DNA from: a virus
DNA: 64,000 nt
IMG/VR virus record: IMGVR_UViG_3300023179_000013
Location: 104,947 to 168,946 of that record
Direction: 5' to 3' (one strand)
In this document: positions 9,924 to 19,557 of the stretch, one piece after another
Layout: the number at the start of each line of letters is the position of its first letter
Position numbering within the stretch: position 1 is the first letter of the stretch
The notes under the pieces: model-generated
The model's input: the letters and a program-made list of their open reading frames with translations, nothing else
Database searches by the model: none
What the model was told of the DNA's origin: nothing
Program-made: the position numbers and the translations under genes

Positions 9924-12497
9924 ATGTATCAAGCAATTTACTACGATAGATCTACTTACACTTATCATCTGCGTGATGATGAAAAAGGATGGCTTGACTT
10001 CAAGTACACTCCTGAATTATATCAGATTACACCTAATGGTCCTTTAAAGACATTAGATGATAAACGTGCTACTCCAACTGAAAAATATAATTGGAAAGAT
10101 ACCTCATTATACGAGCAAGACGTTGATAGATGTACTCGTGTACTGATTGATCTCTATAAGGACAGTGACGATACTGCCAAATATCAAAACATAGTATACT
10201 TCGATATTGAGTGTGAAATTGGTGGAACTCTAACTACTGAGTACATTAAAACAGCTCCTATGAAGATGACCTCAGTAGCTGTATACGATAATACAACTCA
10301 AAAGTATTACTGTTTAATCCTAGATGAAAAGAAACAGCTGAGCTATATAAATGAAAATAATAGGGAAATTAGACCATTCGATACTGAAGCTGAAATGCTA
10401 GCTGATTTCCTTAATCTATGGGAAGAGTTAGATCCAACTATCATCACAGGATGGAATAGTGGATTCTTCGATGTGCCTTACATGTACTATAGAATGTGTA
10501 ATGTATTAGGCAAAGAACAAGCTGCTCGTCTATCACCACTTCGCAAACTAAACTTTACTGAATGGGATACTGCTCAACCAATTGAGCTAGCAGGTATTAA
10601 TCATCTTGATTATATGTTGCTATTTAAAAAGTTCATTGTAAAGCAAGAACCATCCTATAAATTAGATGATATAGGAGAAAAATACGTTAAATTAAATAAG
10701 ATAGAGTACGAGGGATCACTTGATAGATTATTTCAAACTGATATAAATAAATTCATTCAATATAACTTACGAGACGTAGAAATTATACTTGAGTTAGAAA
10801 AGAAACTCAAATTCATTGATTTAACAGTTGCTATCTGTCATCTATGTCACGTACCATATGAACAGATCTATTTATCAACTGTATTAAATGATGGAGCTAT
10901 ATTGACATATCTTAAACGTCAAGACATAGTATCACCAAATAAACCAACTACAATCAACCCATCACTTAAAGAAGCTACTGGTGATGAATATGCTGGTGGG
11001 TACTTAAAAGAACCTACTCCTGGATTATATCAATGGGTTATTGACTTGGACTTTACATCTCTATACCCTTCAATCATCCGTTCACTCAATATTGGTATTG
11101 AAACGTTAGTTGGTAGAATAGTTAATAGTGGTAAATACGATAACCAATGGACATATGCTGAACTAAAGCAAATGGATCCTGATGATGTAGCAGTTATTGA
11201 AAAATTAAATACTAATTTCACTACCTCCAGAACACAAGTATCAGTAGGTAAGTTAGTTCAAATGATTGAAAACAATAATTGGATTACCTCAGCATCAGGT
11301 GCAATATTCAGAACAGATAAATCATCAGTAGTATGTGATGTATTAACTGACTGGTTCAATAAGCGCGTTGAATATAAAAATAAAATGAAACAAGCTTATA
11401 AATCAGGTGATGCGGCTATGGGTGAATTTTACAACCGCAGACAACACGCTTATAAGATTAAACTAAACGACGTTTATGGCTGCTACGCAATCAACGGCTG
11501 GCGCTATACAGATGGACATAAGATCATTTCGTCTGCTATTACGCTTACTGGTCAACGAGTTACTCAAGAATCAATTAAGTTTGTAAATAAATGGATGAAT
11601 GATAAGCTAGGTACTGAAGATAAAGATTACGTTGTAACATCAGATACCGATTCATTATTCATTCAAGTTAAGGATCTATTAACTGCTGATACAAATGATA
11701 AAGCAGCTGTAATTAAAAACATATTAGAGATTGCTACTGAAGTTCAAAAAGCAGCAAATGCATTTATTGGACAATTCGCTATTGAAGCATTTAATCTAAA
11801 TGAGCGTGAGCATTACTTCGAATTAAAGCAAGAGGTAATTATTGAAAGGGGTTATTTTGCTGGTAAACGTCGCTACGCAATGTTGATTGTAAATAAGGAA
11901 GGTGTTGACACTGAAGAGATGATTATGATGGGATTAGATCTAATGAAATCTAATATGCCTCCACTATATAAGAAATTCGGTCAAAATTTACTAACCGAAA
12001 TCATGCGCGGTAAACCTAAAGCTGAAATCGATAAACAAATTATTGATTTTAAAGTATCGCTAGATCAATTACCTTGGGAAGACATTGCTAAACCAACTGG
12101 CGTTAAACAAATTAATTCATATATTGCTAAACGACCATCACCAGGTGAAATATTTAGTGAATTTAAATTAAAAGCCCCAATTAATACAAAATCAGCAGTA
12201 TATTATAATGATTTACTTAAATTTAAAAAATTAGACAAGAAATATTCAAGATTCGTAGAAGGCGATAAGATGAAATATGTATCGTTGAAACCAAATCCCT
12301 ATAACATAGATACACTTGGCTTTAGAGGTAATGGTGAAGATCCTGAATTTATACTTGACTTTATAAACAAATATGTTGATAGAGAAGAAGCATTCAATTC
12401 AGTACTACTAAACAAACTAACAGGTGTATTTAATGACTTAGGATGGGATTTCCCAGTTTTAAACTCAAAAATTAACAAATTCTTTAAATTTATGTAG
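9924..12497 (+). CDS. Family B DNA polymerase (T4 gp43-like) with 3'-5' exonuclease
   Basis: FDIE, GWNSGFFD, YNLRD, DFTSLYPS, KIKLNDVYG, SDTDS. Confidence 0.95.
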   Translation: MYQAIYYDRSTYTYHLRDDEKGWLDFKYTPELYQITPNGPLKTLDDKRATPTEKYNWKDTSLYEQDVDRCTRVLIDLYKDSDDTAKYQNIVYFDIECEIGGTLTTEYIKTAPMKMTSVAVYDNTTQKYYCLILDEKKQLSYINENNREIRPFDTEAEMLADFLNLWEELDPTIITGWNSGFFDVPYMYYRMCNVLGKEQAARLSPLRKLNFTEWDTAQPIELAGINHLDYMLLFKKFIVKQEPSYKLDDIGEKYVKLNKIEYEGSLDRLFQTDINKFIQYNLRDVEIILELEKKLKFIDLTVAICHLCHVPYEQIYLSTVLNDGAILTYLKRQDIVSPNKPTTINPSLKEATGDEYAGGYLKEPTPGLYQWVIDLDFTSLYPSIIRSLNIGIETLVGRIVNSGKYDNQWTYAELKQMDPDDVAVIEKLNTNFTTSRTQVSVGKLVQMIENNNWITSASGAIFRTDKSSVVCDVLTDWFNKRVEYKNKMKQAYKSGDAAMGEFYNRRQHAYKIKLNDVYGCYAINGWRYTDGHKIISSAITLTGQRVTQESIKFVNKWMNDKLGTEDKDYVVTSDTDSLFIQVKDLLTADTNDKAAVIKNILEIATEVQKAANAFIGQFAIEAFNLNEREHYFELKQEVIIERGYFAGKRRYAMLIVNKEGVDTEEMIMMGLDLMKSNMPPLYKKFGQNLLTEIMRGKPKAEIDKQIIDFKVSLDQLPWEDIAKPTGVKQINSYIAKRPSPGEIFSEFKLKAPINTKSAVYYNDLLKFKKLDKKYSRFVEGDKMKYVSLKPNPYNIDTLGFRGNGEDPEFILDFINKYVDREEAFNSVLLNKLTGVFNDLGWDFPVLNSKINKFFKFM

Positions 12498-12499
12498 CA

Positions 12500-12736
12500 A
12501 TGATACGCCTAAACCAAAGTCACCATCAAATTAGAATAGACACAACAATTAAAATAATTGAAAAAGATGGTACTGAGGTTACAGCGCCTGTAGTAGTACT
12601 GATAGGACTAAATAAAATTGAAGAAAAAGATCAATATAATTTTTATAAAATAGCTAATAAGTTATTTAATAAAGATTTTACATTAGACAGACGATCAAAA
12701 CCACAACCTACTAAACCCTGGTATAAATTTTGGTAA
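12500..12736 (+). CDS. Hypothetical protein
   Basis: ORF ending KPWYKFW. Confidence 0.55.
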   Translation: MIRLNQSHHQIRIDTTIKIIEKDGTEVTAPVVVLIGLNKIEEKDQYNFYKIANKLFNKDFTLDRRSKPQPTKPWYKFW

Positions 12737-12760
12737 GTCAAAATAAAGGTTATATATTCA
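12729..12760 (+). promoter_or_regulatory. Class-1 promoter
   Basis: TTTG-GTAA-GTCAAA-N10-TATATTCA, 4 nt before ATG. Confidence 0.55.
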
Positions 12761-12764
12761 TTCA

Positions 12765-13103
12765 ATGCATTTATTAAAAGGTTTCATATTCGGATTATTA
12801 GCTCAAATTATTACATTTCTTCAATTACAAGGTCAACTTAAAATTGATTGGATAAAAAATAATATGTGGTTTGGTATATTAATGGGATTACCAATATCCT
12901 TTCTATTCATGATGTCTGTTAAGAATTTCGTAGAAGCATTTGATGGACAAATATGGCCATCACGACTAATTGGATTTGGAATAGGTGTAGTGACATTCAC
13001 TGTTATGTCTCATTATATGTTTAGAGAACCACTAACACCTAAAACACTTATTTGTTTGGGCTTAGGAACCTTAATAGTTTTAATTCAAATACTCTGGAAA
13101 TGA
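12765..13103 (+). CDS. Four-TM small membrane protein (SMR/DMT-like)
   Basis: Four hydrophobic helices, FREPLT before the last TM. Confidence 0.55.
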   Translation: MHLLKGFIFGLLAQIITFLQLQGQLKIDWIKNNMWFGILMGLPISFLFMMSVKNFVEAFDGQIWPSRLIGFGIGVVTFTVMSHYMFREPLTPKTLICLGLGTLIVLIQILWK

Positions 13104-13825
13104 AAAAATTATATTTAGAAGACGTTATTGAAAAATATTACCTGAATGGTTTAGTTGAACGTGTTAAAATCGATGTAGTCGATAAAACACTAACAACTAA
13201 ATTTATCTCTAATCAAAAAAATCTAGTAGGAACACTATGTGCTCCTAACATTGAAATTGATGATTGTGAGTTTGGAGTATATGACACTACTCAATTATTA
13301 AAATTGATTGGCATTACTGACCACTTCCTAACATTAGAGGTTGAAAAACAAGGTAAAATAGCATCAAAGTTACTCATTGCTGACAATGAATATAATCTAG
13401 AATATGCACTAGCAGATACAATGCTAACACCATCAGTACCCAGTATTGATGAACCAGTATACCAATTAGTAGCTGATCTCAGCATGGATTTCGTTATTAA
13501 ATTCCTCAAAGCAGGTAAAGCACTAGGTACCGAAGTGTTTGCTATTGAACAATCAACTGATGTTGATAATAATCCAGCAATTAAATTCACATTAGGTGGC
13601 ACAGAAGGACACACAAATAAAATCAACTTCACAATCCAAGCAGCAGTATCCAGTGTACCAGGTTCAATTATCAAATTCCCTATTGCTGAATTTAGTGCAA
13701 TATTAGCCGCAAATAAAGAATTTGAAAAAGGTACATTGAGTGTAAATGAAGACGGATTATTGAAAATTGAATTCAACAACAAAGAAGGTGTAAATTCTTG
13801 CTACTTGCTTGTCGGGAAGGAATAA
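13100..13825 (+). CDS. DNA polymerase sliding clamp (gp45-like)
   Basis: EFGVYDTTQLLKLI, 241 aa, near polB and clamp loader; ATG 13100. Confidence 0.7.
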   Translation: MKKLYLEDVIEKYYLNGLVERVKIDVVDKTLTTKFISNQKNLVGTLCAPNIEIDDCEFGVYDTTQLLKLIGITDHFLTLEVEKQGKIASKLLIADNEYNLEYALADTMLTPSVPSIDEPVYQLVADLSMDFVIKFLKAGKALGTEVFAIEQSTDVDNNPAIKFTLGGTEGHTNKINFTIQAAVSSVPGSIIKFPIAEFSAILAANKEFEKGTLSVNEDGLLKIEFNNKEGVNSCYLLVGKE

Positions 13826-13856
13826 TTTCACATACGTATATACGACATAACAAAAG

Positions 13857-14357
13857 GTACGACAGGCCTCAGTTATGTATTAAATAACCGCTCACCTTAG
13901 GGGGGCATAAAATAAAATAAAATGACACAAATTCAACGTTGGGCAATGGACCCATTCGACATCGTTTGGAAAAATTTCTTCGATGCAAATTCACAATTCA
14001 ACACAATTGACAACAAAATCAACTACCCAGTTGACATCTACGAAACAGAAGATGGTTTACGATTCGAGCTTGCCGTAGTTGGCCTCGATAAAGAAGATCT
14101 AGACATTCACACAGACGGAGATACGCTACGTGTATCACACGAAAGACAACAAGAACAAGAACGCTCTTACATCCAAAGAGGAATTGCTAAACGCTCGTTT
14201 GATTTGGCTTGGAAAGTTGCTTTAAAATTTGATTTAAACAAACTTGAAGCTAAATTAGATAAGGGTCTGCTTATTATTGATATCCCTTATGCGGATGAAA
14301 AAGCACCTAAAAAGGTAAAGATTAAATAAGTTTTGAAATTAAGAAGGCCTGTCGTAC
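13857..14357. repeat. 13-bp perfect inverted repeat flanking hsp20
   Basis: GTACGACAGGCCT (13857-13869) and AGGCCTGTCGTAC (14345-14357). Confidence 0.85.
13922..14329 (+). CDS. Small heat shock protein (Hsp20/IbpA family)
   Basis: YPVDIYE, RGIAKRSF, AKLDKGLLII, C-terminal VKI. Confidence 0.92.
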   Translation: MTQIQRWAMDPFDIVWKNFFDANSQFNTIDNKINYPVDIYETEDGLRFELAVVGLDKEDLDIHTDGDTLRVSHERQQEQERSYIQRGIAKRSFDLAWKVALKFDLNKLEAKLDKGLLIIDIPYADEKAPKKVKIK

Positions 14358-14385
14358 ATTTTATTTAATTGAAAAAATACTGAAA

Positions 14386-14676
14386 ATGAAAATAAAACCA
14401 TTACACAATCACGTTGTGATCAAACAACAAGATGAAACTGAAACAATGTATGGAAACATCATTGTACCTGATGCAGGTAAAGAAAAACCACTAATGGGTG
14501 AAGTAATTGCTACTGGACCTGGATTGGTTAACTTTCATGGAAATTTAATTCCAAATGAGGTACCTGTAGGTGCTGTAGTAGTGTTTCCTGCGTTTGGTGG
14601 GCAGCGTATTACAGTTAAGGGCGATGAATATATCGTAATGAAGGAACAAGATTTATTAGCAATAATTGAAGAATAA
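14386..14676 (+). CDS. groES: Co-chaperonin GroES
   Basis: IKPLHNHVVI, GNIIVPD, GEVIATGPG. Confidence 0.93.
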   Translation: MKIKPLHNHVVIKQQDETETMYGNIIVPDAGKEKPLMGEVIATGPGLVNFHGNLIPNEVPVGAVVVFPAFGGQRITVKGDEYIVMKEQDLLAIIEE

Positions 14677-14888
14677 TGGCGTTAGTATCTGTAGAATATC
14701 ATCTTGAAACATGGGAGGAATTTGTTGAATTTTGGAAATCAGACAAAATAGTATTCCGTGAAAAAAATATATTTGAGGATGAAAAAGGAAAGAAATGGTA
14801 CAGATTATATAACGAACCTACATTAAAATATCTTAGAGAAAAAATGTTAAGAGACATTGAATATTTAAACAATAAAGTAAATGAGTAA
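14676..14888 (+). CDS. Hypothetical protein between groES and groEL
   Basis: Overlapping start/stop on both sides. Confidence 0.5.
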   Translation: MALVSVEYHLETWEEFVEFWKSDKIVFREKNIFEDEKGKKWYRLYNEPTLKYLREKMLRDIEYLNNKVNE

Positions 14889-16509
14889 AATAATTAAATT
14901 TGATAGAGAAGCTAAAGAAAAGCTTCAAGCCGGTATTGACAAGGTCAATAATGCCGTTTCTGTTACAATGGGTCCTTATGGCCGTAACGTATTAATTGAA
15001 AAAGAACACGGGCAAGTAGCATCAACTAAAGATGGTGTTACTGTTGCTAAAACAATTGTGTTAGAAGATCCAATTGAAAACATGGCTGCTACTGTTATTA
15101 AGCAAGCAGCTCAAAAAACAGTAGATGCTGCTGGTGATGGTACTACAACATCAACAGTATTAGCTCACGCTATTGCCTCTCAAGCATTGCTAGCAACGTC
15201 TTATGCTTCAACAAATGCCACTCAAATAAAGCGTGGTATTGAAGAGGCTGTTAAGCAAGTAGTAGCTGAGTTGAAAGAAATGTCTACACCTATTACTGAT
15301 GAAAAGCAAATTAAACAAATTGCTACTCTATCAGCTAACGGAGATGAGGAGATTGGTAACTTGGTAGCTACCGCTATTGAAAAAGTGGGCAGGGATGGAG
15401 TTGTTACTGTTGAAGAGTCTCGTACAGGCGAAACATCACTTGAGATTGTGGAAGGTATGCAATTCGATCGTGGTTACAAATCCCCTTACATGGTGACAGA
15501 CAATAATACAATGACAGCAGTATTAGATGAACCATTGTTATTGATTGTAGATAGCCGAATTACCCAAGTAAAAGATTTACTTCCAATCCTCGAATCAGTA
15601 TCTCAGCAGAATAAATCACTCTTTATTGTAGCTGAAGATATCGATGGTGAAGCACTTGCTACATTGATTGTAAATAAAATGAGAGGTGCTCTTAAAGTAG
15701 CTGCTGTTAAAGCACCTGACTTTGGAGATCGCCGAACATTGATTTTAGAAGATATCGCTACATTAACAGGTGGTACTGTAGTATCATCTCAAAAAGGTAT
15801 GCGTTTGGATAAATTCAATAAAGATTGGTTTGGACAAGCTCGTACTATTACTGTAGGTAAAGAAACAACTACTATTGTTGATGGTAGAGGTGATGCTGAT
15901 AAGATTGAAGCTCGTATTGTAGAATTAAAAACACAAATTGATGCTTCAACATCACCATATGAAATTGAGCGTTTGCAAGATCGCTTAGCTAAGATGGTTG
16001 GTGGTGTAGCTATCATTAACGTAGGTGGTGGTACTGAAATCGAAATGAAAGAAAAGAAAGATCGCCTTGATGATGCTTTACAAGCAACTAAAGCAGCACT
16101 TGATGAAGGTATTTTACCTGGTGCTGGTGTTGCTCTATTTAAAGCCAAAGACATTATTACAGGTATAGATAATACAGATTTTGGTAAAGGACGTAAAATA
16201 GTATTCCAGGCGTGCTCCTCACCATTCACTCAAATCTTAACTAATGCTGGTGAAGATGCTAATGAATGGAGTGGTAAATGGAGTAAATTCTTCAAAACTG
16301 AAAACACTGTTCCTGATATTACTAACAACACCATAGTAAATGCATTTGATTCAGGTATTATAGACCCAACCAAAGTAGTACGCTCAGCACTTGAAAATGC
16401 CGCTGCCGCTGCAGTAACATTACTTATGACTGAGTGTGTTATCCATGAAAAAGTAGATAAGGATAAAAAACCTGCCGCTAATGATTTCGGAATGGATTTA
16501 GGAATGTAA
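14881..16509 (+). CDS. groEL: Chaperonin GroEL
   Basis: TKDGVTVAK, GDGTTT, EGMQFDRGY, AVKAPDFGDRR. Confidence 0.97.
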   Translation: MSKIIKFDREAKEKLQAGIDKVNNAVSVTMGPYGRNVLIEKEHGQVASTKDGVTVAKTIVLEDPIENMAATVIKQAAQKTVDAAGDGTTTSTVLAHAIASQALLATSYASTNATQIKRGIEEAVKQVVAELKEMSTPITDEKQIKQIATLSANGDEEIGNLVATAIEKVGRDGVVTVEESRTGETSLEIVEGMQFDRGYKSPYMVTDNNTMTAVLDEPLLLIVDSRITQVKDLLPILESVSQQNKSLFIVAEDIDGEALATLIVNKMRGALKVAAVKAPDFGDRRTLILEDIATLTGGTVVSSQKGMRLDKFNKDWFGQARTITVGKETTTIVDGRGDADKIEARIVELKTQIDASTSPYEIERLQDRLAKMVGGVAIINVGGGTEIEMKEKKDRLDDALQATKAALDEGILPGAGVALFKAKDIITGIDNTDFGKGRKIVFQACSSPFTQILTNAGEDANEWSGKWSKFFKTENTVPDITNNTIVNAFDSGIIDPTKVVRSALENAAAAAVTLLMTECVIHEKVDKDKKPAANDFGMDLGM

Positions 16510-16510
16510 T

Positions 16511-17122
16511 ATGGATGTACATTATATTTGGATAGGGGGGAGTGAAATACCTAATAACTATTTAGTCAACTATCAAAAATGTGTTCAGTTAAATCCTTAT
16601 TTTAATTTTAAAATATGGAGAAATGAAGAATGCTTACAATTAGTTGAAGAATATGGTTTAATAGAAATTTTCACTCCCTTATCTTTTATATGTAAATATA
16701 ATTTAATAAAATATCTTATATTACATAAATTCGGAGGAATATACACTGATTTTGATATACTATGGAAACAACCATTTTCTTTAATAATTAAAGATTATGA
16801 ATTCCACAACACAGATATTATATTAACTACTGTTCCCCCTATGAATTATTTAGATGATCCGTTTATAATAAGTAAATCTAATATTTTTGGAGGATGTATA
16901 TCATATTGCAAAAATAAAGACAAAAGTAAATGGCAGTATGATGGAGATTTATATATAAAAACAGGAAAACTAGAAATACATAAAGCAGAACCATTTGGGC
17001 CATTTAGCTTATCAGAATGGATTGATTTATATAAAATAAATTTTAAATGTTTTCCACAAAAATCATTTCTAGATAATAACGGATTATATGGTGACCATCA
17101 ACAAGTAAATACTTGGAAATAA
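16511..17122 (+). CDS. GT32/OCH1-like DxD glycosyltransferase
   Basis: HYIWIG, ILHKFGGIYTDFD. Confidence 0.75.
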   Translation: MDVHYIWIGGSEIPNNYLVNYQKCVQLNPYFNFKIWRNEECLQLVEEYGLIEIFTPLSFICKYNLIKYLILHKFGGIYTDFDILWKQPFSLIIKDYEFHNTDIILTTVPPMNYLDDPFIISKSNIFGGCISYCKNKDKSKWQYDGDLYIKTGKLEIHKAEPFGPFSLSEWIDLYKINFKCFPQKSFLDNNGLYGDHQQVNTWK

Positions 17123-17153
17123 TTTGAAAGGCATAATAAAAGTCATATATTTA
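17123..17153 (+). promoter_or_regulatory. Class-1 promoter of the clamp loader gene
   Basis: TTTG-AAA-GGCATA-N10-TATATTTA, 4 nt before ATG. Confidence 0.55.
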
Positions 17154-17157
17154 AGTT

Positions 17158-18078
17158 ATGAAAAAACATACACTCTGGATTGAAAAATATCGTAGCCAAA
17201 CGCTAGAACAGTACATCGGAAATGATGCTGTTAAAGATCGCATCTCCAATTGTATTGATAAAAACGATATTCCCCATTTTATCTTTAGCGGTACAGCAGG
17301 TACTGGTAAAACAACATTAGCTAAACTAATAGTTAATAACATTAAATGTGATTACCTCTATCTTAACGCTAGTGATGAGAATGGTATTGACATGATTAGG
17401 GAAAAGGTAAAGGGATTCGCTTCATCAGCTACATTTAATCCAATTAAAGTAGTAATATTGGACGAGGCTGATTTCTTGACTCAACCAGCACAAGCTGCAC
17501 TTCGTAATATTATCGAAGAATATTCAATTAATACACGCTTTATCTTAACATGTAATTATATTGAGCGTTTAATTGAACCGCTTACATCACGTTGTGAAAT
17601 TCATATCTTAAAACCACCATCAATGCCTGATGTTGCAAGACATATTTGCACAAATATTCTTGATGTTGAAGGTGTAGAATATGATTTGAAAAACGTAGCA
17701 ATGTTAGTTAAAGAATATTATCCTGATATTCGCTCAGTAATCAAAAATCTACAAGCAGGAGTTAAAGATAATAAATATCAATGGATTGCTCTTAGCACTG
17801 ATTGGCTATCTAAAGTAGTAGAAGTATTAAAATCTAGAGATAAAAAAGCATGGTACACTATCAGACAAATTGTAGCTGATGCCCAAATAGATGATTTTCA
17901 AATAGCATATCGCTATATGTTTGATAATCTAGAAAAATATAGTCATGGACATGATGCTGAAATATCAGTAGTATTGGATGATCATATCTGGAGAGCAGGT
18001 GTAGTACCTGATAAAGAAATTAATTTTGCAGCTGCAATAGCTAAAATATTAGAACTAAATAAAAAACAAGTATTATGA
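17158..18078 (+). CDS. Clamp loader AAA+ subunit (gp44/RFC-like)
   Basis: WIEKYR, GTAGTGKT, LNASD, DEAD, SRC. Confidence 0.92.
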   Translation: MKKHTLWIEKYRSQTLEQYIGNDAVKDRISNCIDKNDIPHFIFSGTAGTGKTTLAKLIVNNIKCDYLYLNASDENGIDMIREKVKGFASSATFNPIKVVILDEADFLTQPAQAALRNIIEEYSINTRFILTCNYIERLIEPLTSRCEIHILKPPSMPDVARHICTNILDVEGVEYDLKNVAMLVKEYYPDIRSVIKNLQAGVKDNKYQWIALSTDWLSKVVEVLKSRDKKAWYTIRQIVADAQIDDFQIAYRYMFDNLEKYSHGHDAEISVVLDDHIWRAGVVPDKEINFAAAIAKILELNKKQVL

Positions 18079-18311
18079 GTCAAGAACAAATGAACTTAAA
18101 TATCAGTTTAGATAAAACAACTGAATTAGTATGTGATGAATGTGGTAATCCTGCTTTTCAAGAGGTAGTATTGCTTCGTAAAGCATCTCGCTTCATTACA
18201 GGAACAGCACAAGATGCTATGATTCCAATTCCAGTATTTGCTTGTAGCAAATGTGGACACGTAAATGAAGAATTTCTTCCAATGCAACTTAGAAAACAAA
18301 CAGAACAATAA
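18075..18311 (+). CDS. Zinc-ribbon protein
   Basis: CDEC...CSKC. Confidence 0.6.
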   Translation: MSQEQMNLNISLDKTTELVCDECGNPAFQEVVLLRKASRFITGTAQDAMIPIPVFACSKCGHVNEEFLPMQLRKQTEQ

Positions 18312-18583
18312 TGTTCAATTTATTTAAAAAATTATTTAAAATGTCAACTAAACAAGAACTAGAACAGCAACTTGCTGGTGCTATTGATGTAGCTCAACGT
18401 TTAAATGAAGAAATTAAAACATTAAGAACAGCTAATGAAACACTAGCAATTGAAAATGAATCATTAAAAAATGATTTCAATGCAGCTGCTGATAGAGTGA
18501 GATATTTAGATGGTCAAGTAAGAATGCTAGAAGCACAGCGCCAAGCTAAAAACCAATATTCAGATAACGATAGAAACTATTAA
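18311..18583 (+). CDS. Coiled-coil hypothetical protein
   Basis: Heptad pattern. Confidence 0.55.
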   Translation: MFNLFKKLFKMSTKQELEQQLAGAIDVAQRLNEEIKTLRTANETLAIENESLKNDFNAAADRVRYLDGQVRMLEAQRQAKNQYSDNDRNY

Positions 18584-18966
18584 TGCCTAATATCTTCGAC
18601 CATATTAAAAATATTACCACGTCTAAGGGTCCATATCTAGGTGACGAGGGATGGAACAATTGGATGATCAATCGTTACCTAAGTATGGATCCCGACTATT
18701 GTGAAGTAGTTAATATAGTACAGAAGAATACTTGGCAAATGAAAGGAGAGTACTTATATAACCTATATAAGGACCTGATTCCCCAACAGTATAAGTTTCT
18801 AAAGTATATTAAAGCATCTAAAAAATCAAACTATGAAAAGGATGATATTAATGCTGTTAAACAATACTTTGAAATATCCGAAAAACAAGCCAAGGAATAT
18901 ATTGATATGCTCCCTGAAGAAGAATTGGAAACAATAAAACAACAAATAAATGGCGTTTGCAGTTAA
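18583..18966 (+). CDS. Clamp loader small subunit (gp62-like)
   Basis: WMINRYLSM, VKQYFEISEKQAKEY; context. Confidence 0.7.
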   Translation: MPNIFDHIKNITTSKGPYLGDEGWNNWMINRYLSMDPDYCEVVNIVQKNTWQMKGEYLYNLYKDLIPQQYKFLKYIKASKKSNYEKDDINAVKQYFEISEKQAKEYIDMLPEEELETIKQQINGVCS

Positions 18967-19207
18967 ATTTATATTGGTAATGTTAGCTATGATTGTAGCT
19001 GATATTTGCTGGACTATGTATTTTATTGAAGTAGATAAACGTAGACCAGTCCCGGCAGGTATATGGGGTTCTGCTATTATGATATTTGGAGCATTCACCA
19101 CAGTTCATTATGTTGATGATCATAGATTATTAGTAGCTGCTATATTAGGTTCTTTTATAGGCACAGCAGGAACAGTATATTATAAAAATAAAAAAGAACA
19201 AAAATGA
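18950..19207 (+). CDS. Small membrane protein
   Basis: Three TM segments. Confidence 0.6.
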   Translation: MAFAVKFILVMLAMIVADICWTMYFIEVDKRRPVPAGIWGSAIMIFGAFTTVHYVDDHRLLVAAILGSFIGTAGTVYYKNKKEQK

Positions 19208-19557
19208 CAATAAATAGCTACGAAGACTACCAACGTTTTATGCGTGATACTGAACTGCATTGTATTGATAATAAAATGAAAAAATCAGAAGACTATTTCG
19301 TTAAGGATGAAATTACTAAATCTGTAATATTAGATTTATCATCCCGTGCTGCACGTGGTGTTAAAAAATATAATACAACATTAGGTGAAAACAATCACCA
19401 AAATATGCTTCAACATGCTTATGAAGAAGCACTTGATTTAGCTCAGTACCTCAAAAAAGAAATTACTACACTTAATACCATCCAAGATATGGTTAAAAAG
19501 TATCCTAATGATGCTGATTTAGGCGAACAGATAAGACTAATATATGACCAAAAGTAA
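19204..19557 (+). CDS. Putative all-alpha (MazG-like) nucleotide pyrophosphohydrolase
   Basis: RGVKKYNTTL...QHAYEEALDLAQY (EExxD). Confidence 0.45.
   Translation: MTINSYEDYQRFMRDTELHCIDNKMKKSEDYFVKDEITKSVILDLSSRAARGVKKYNTTLGENNHQNMLQHAYEEALDLAQYLKKEITTLNTIQDMVKKYPNDADLGEQIRLIYDQK

Noticed and set aside
9924-12497. Intein or intron in the polymerase (also checked the RNR fragment and clamp loader)
   Set aside because: Normal lengths and no splice motifs seen
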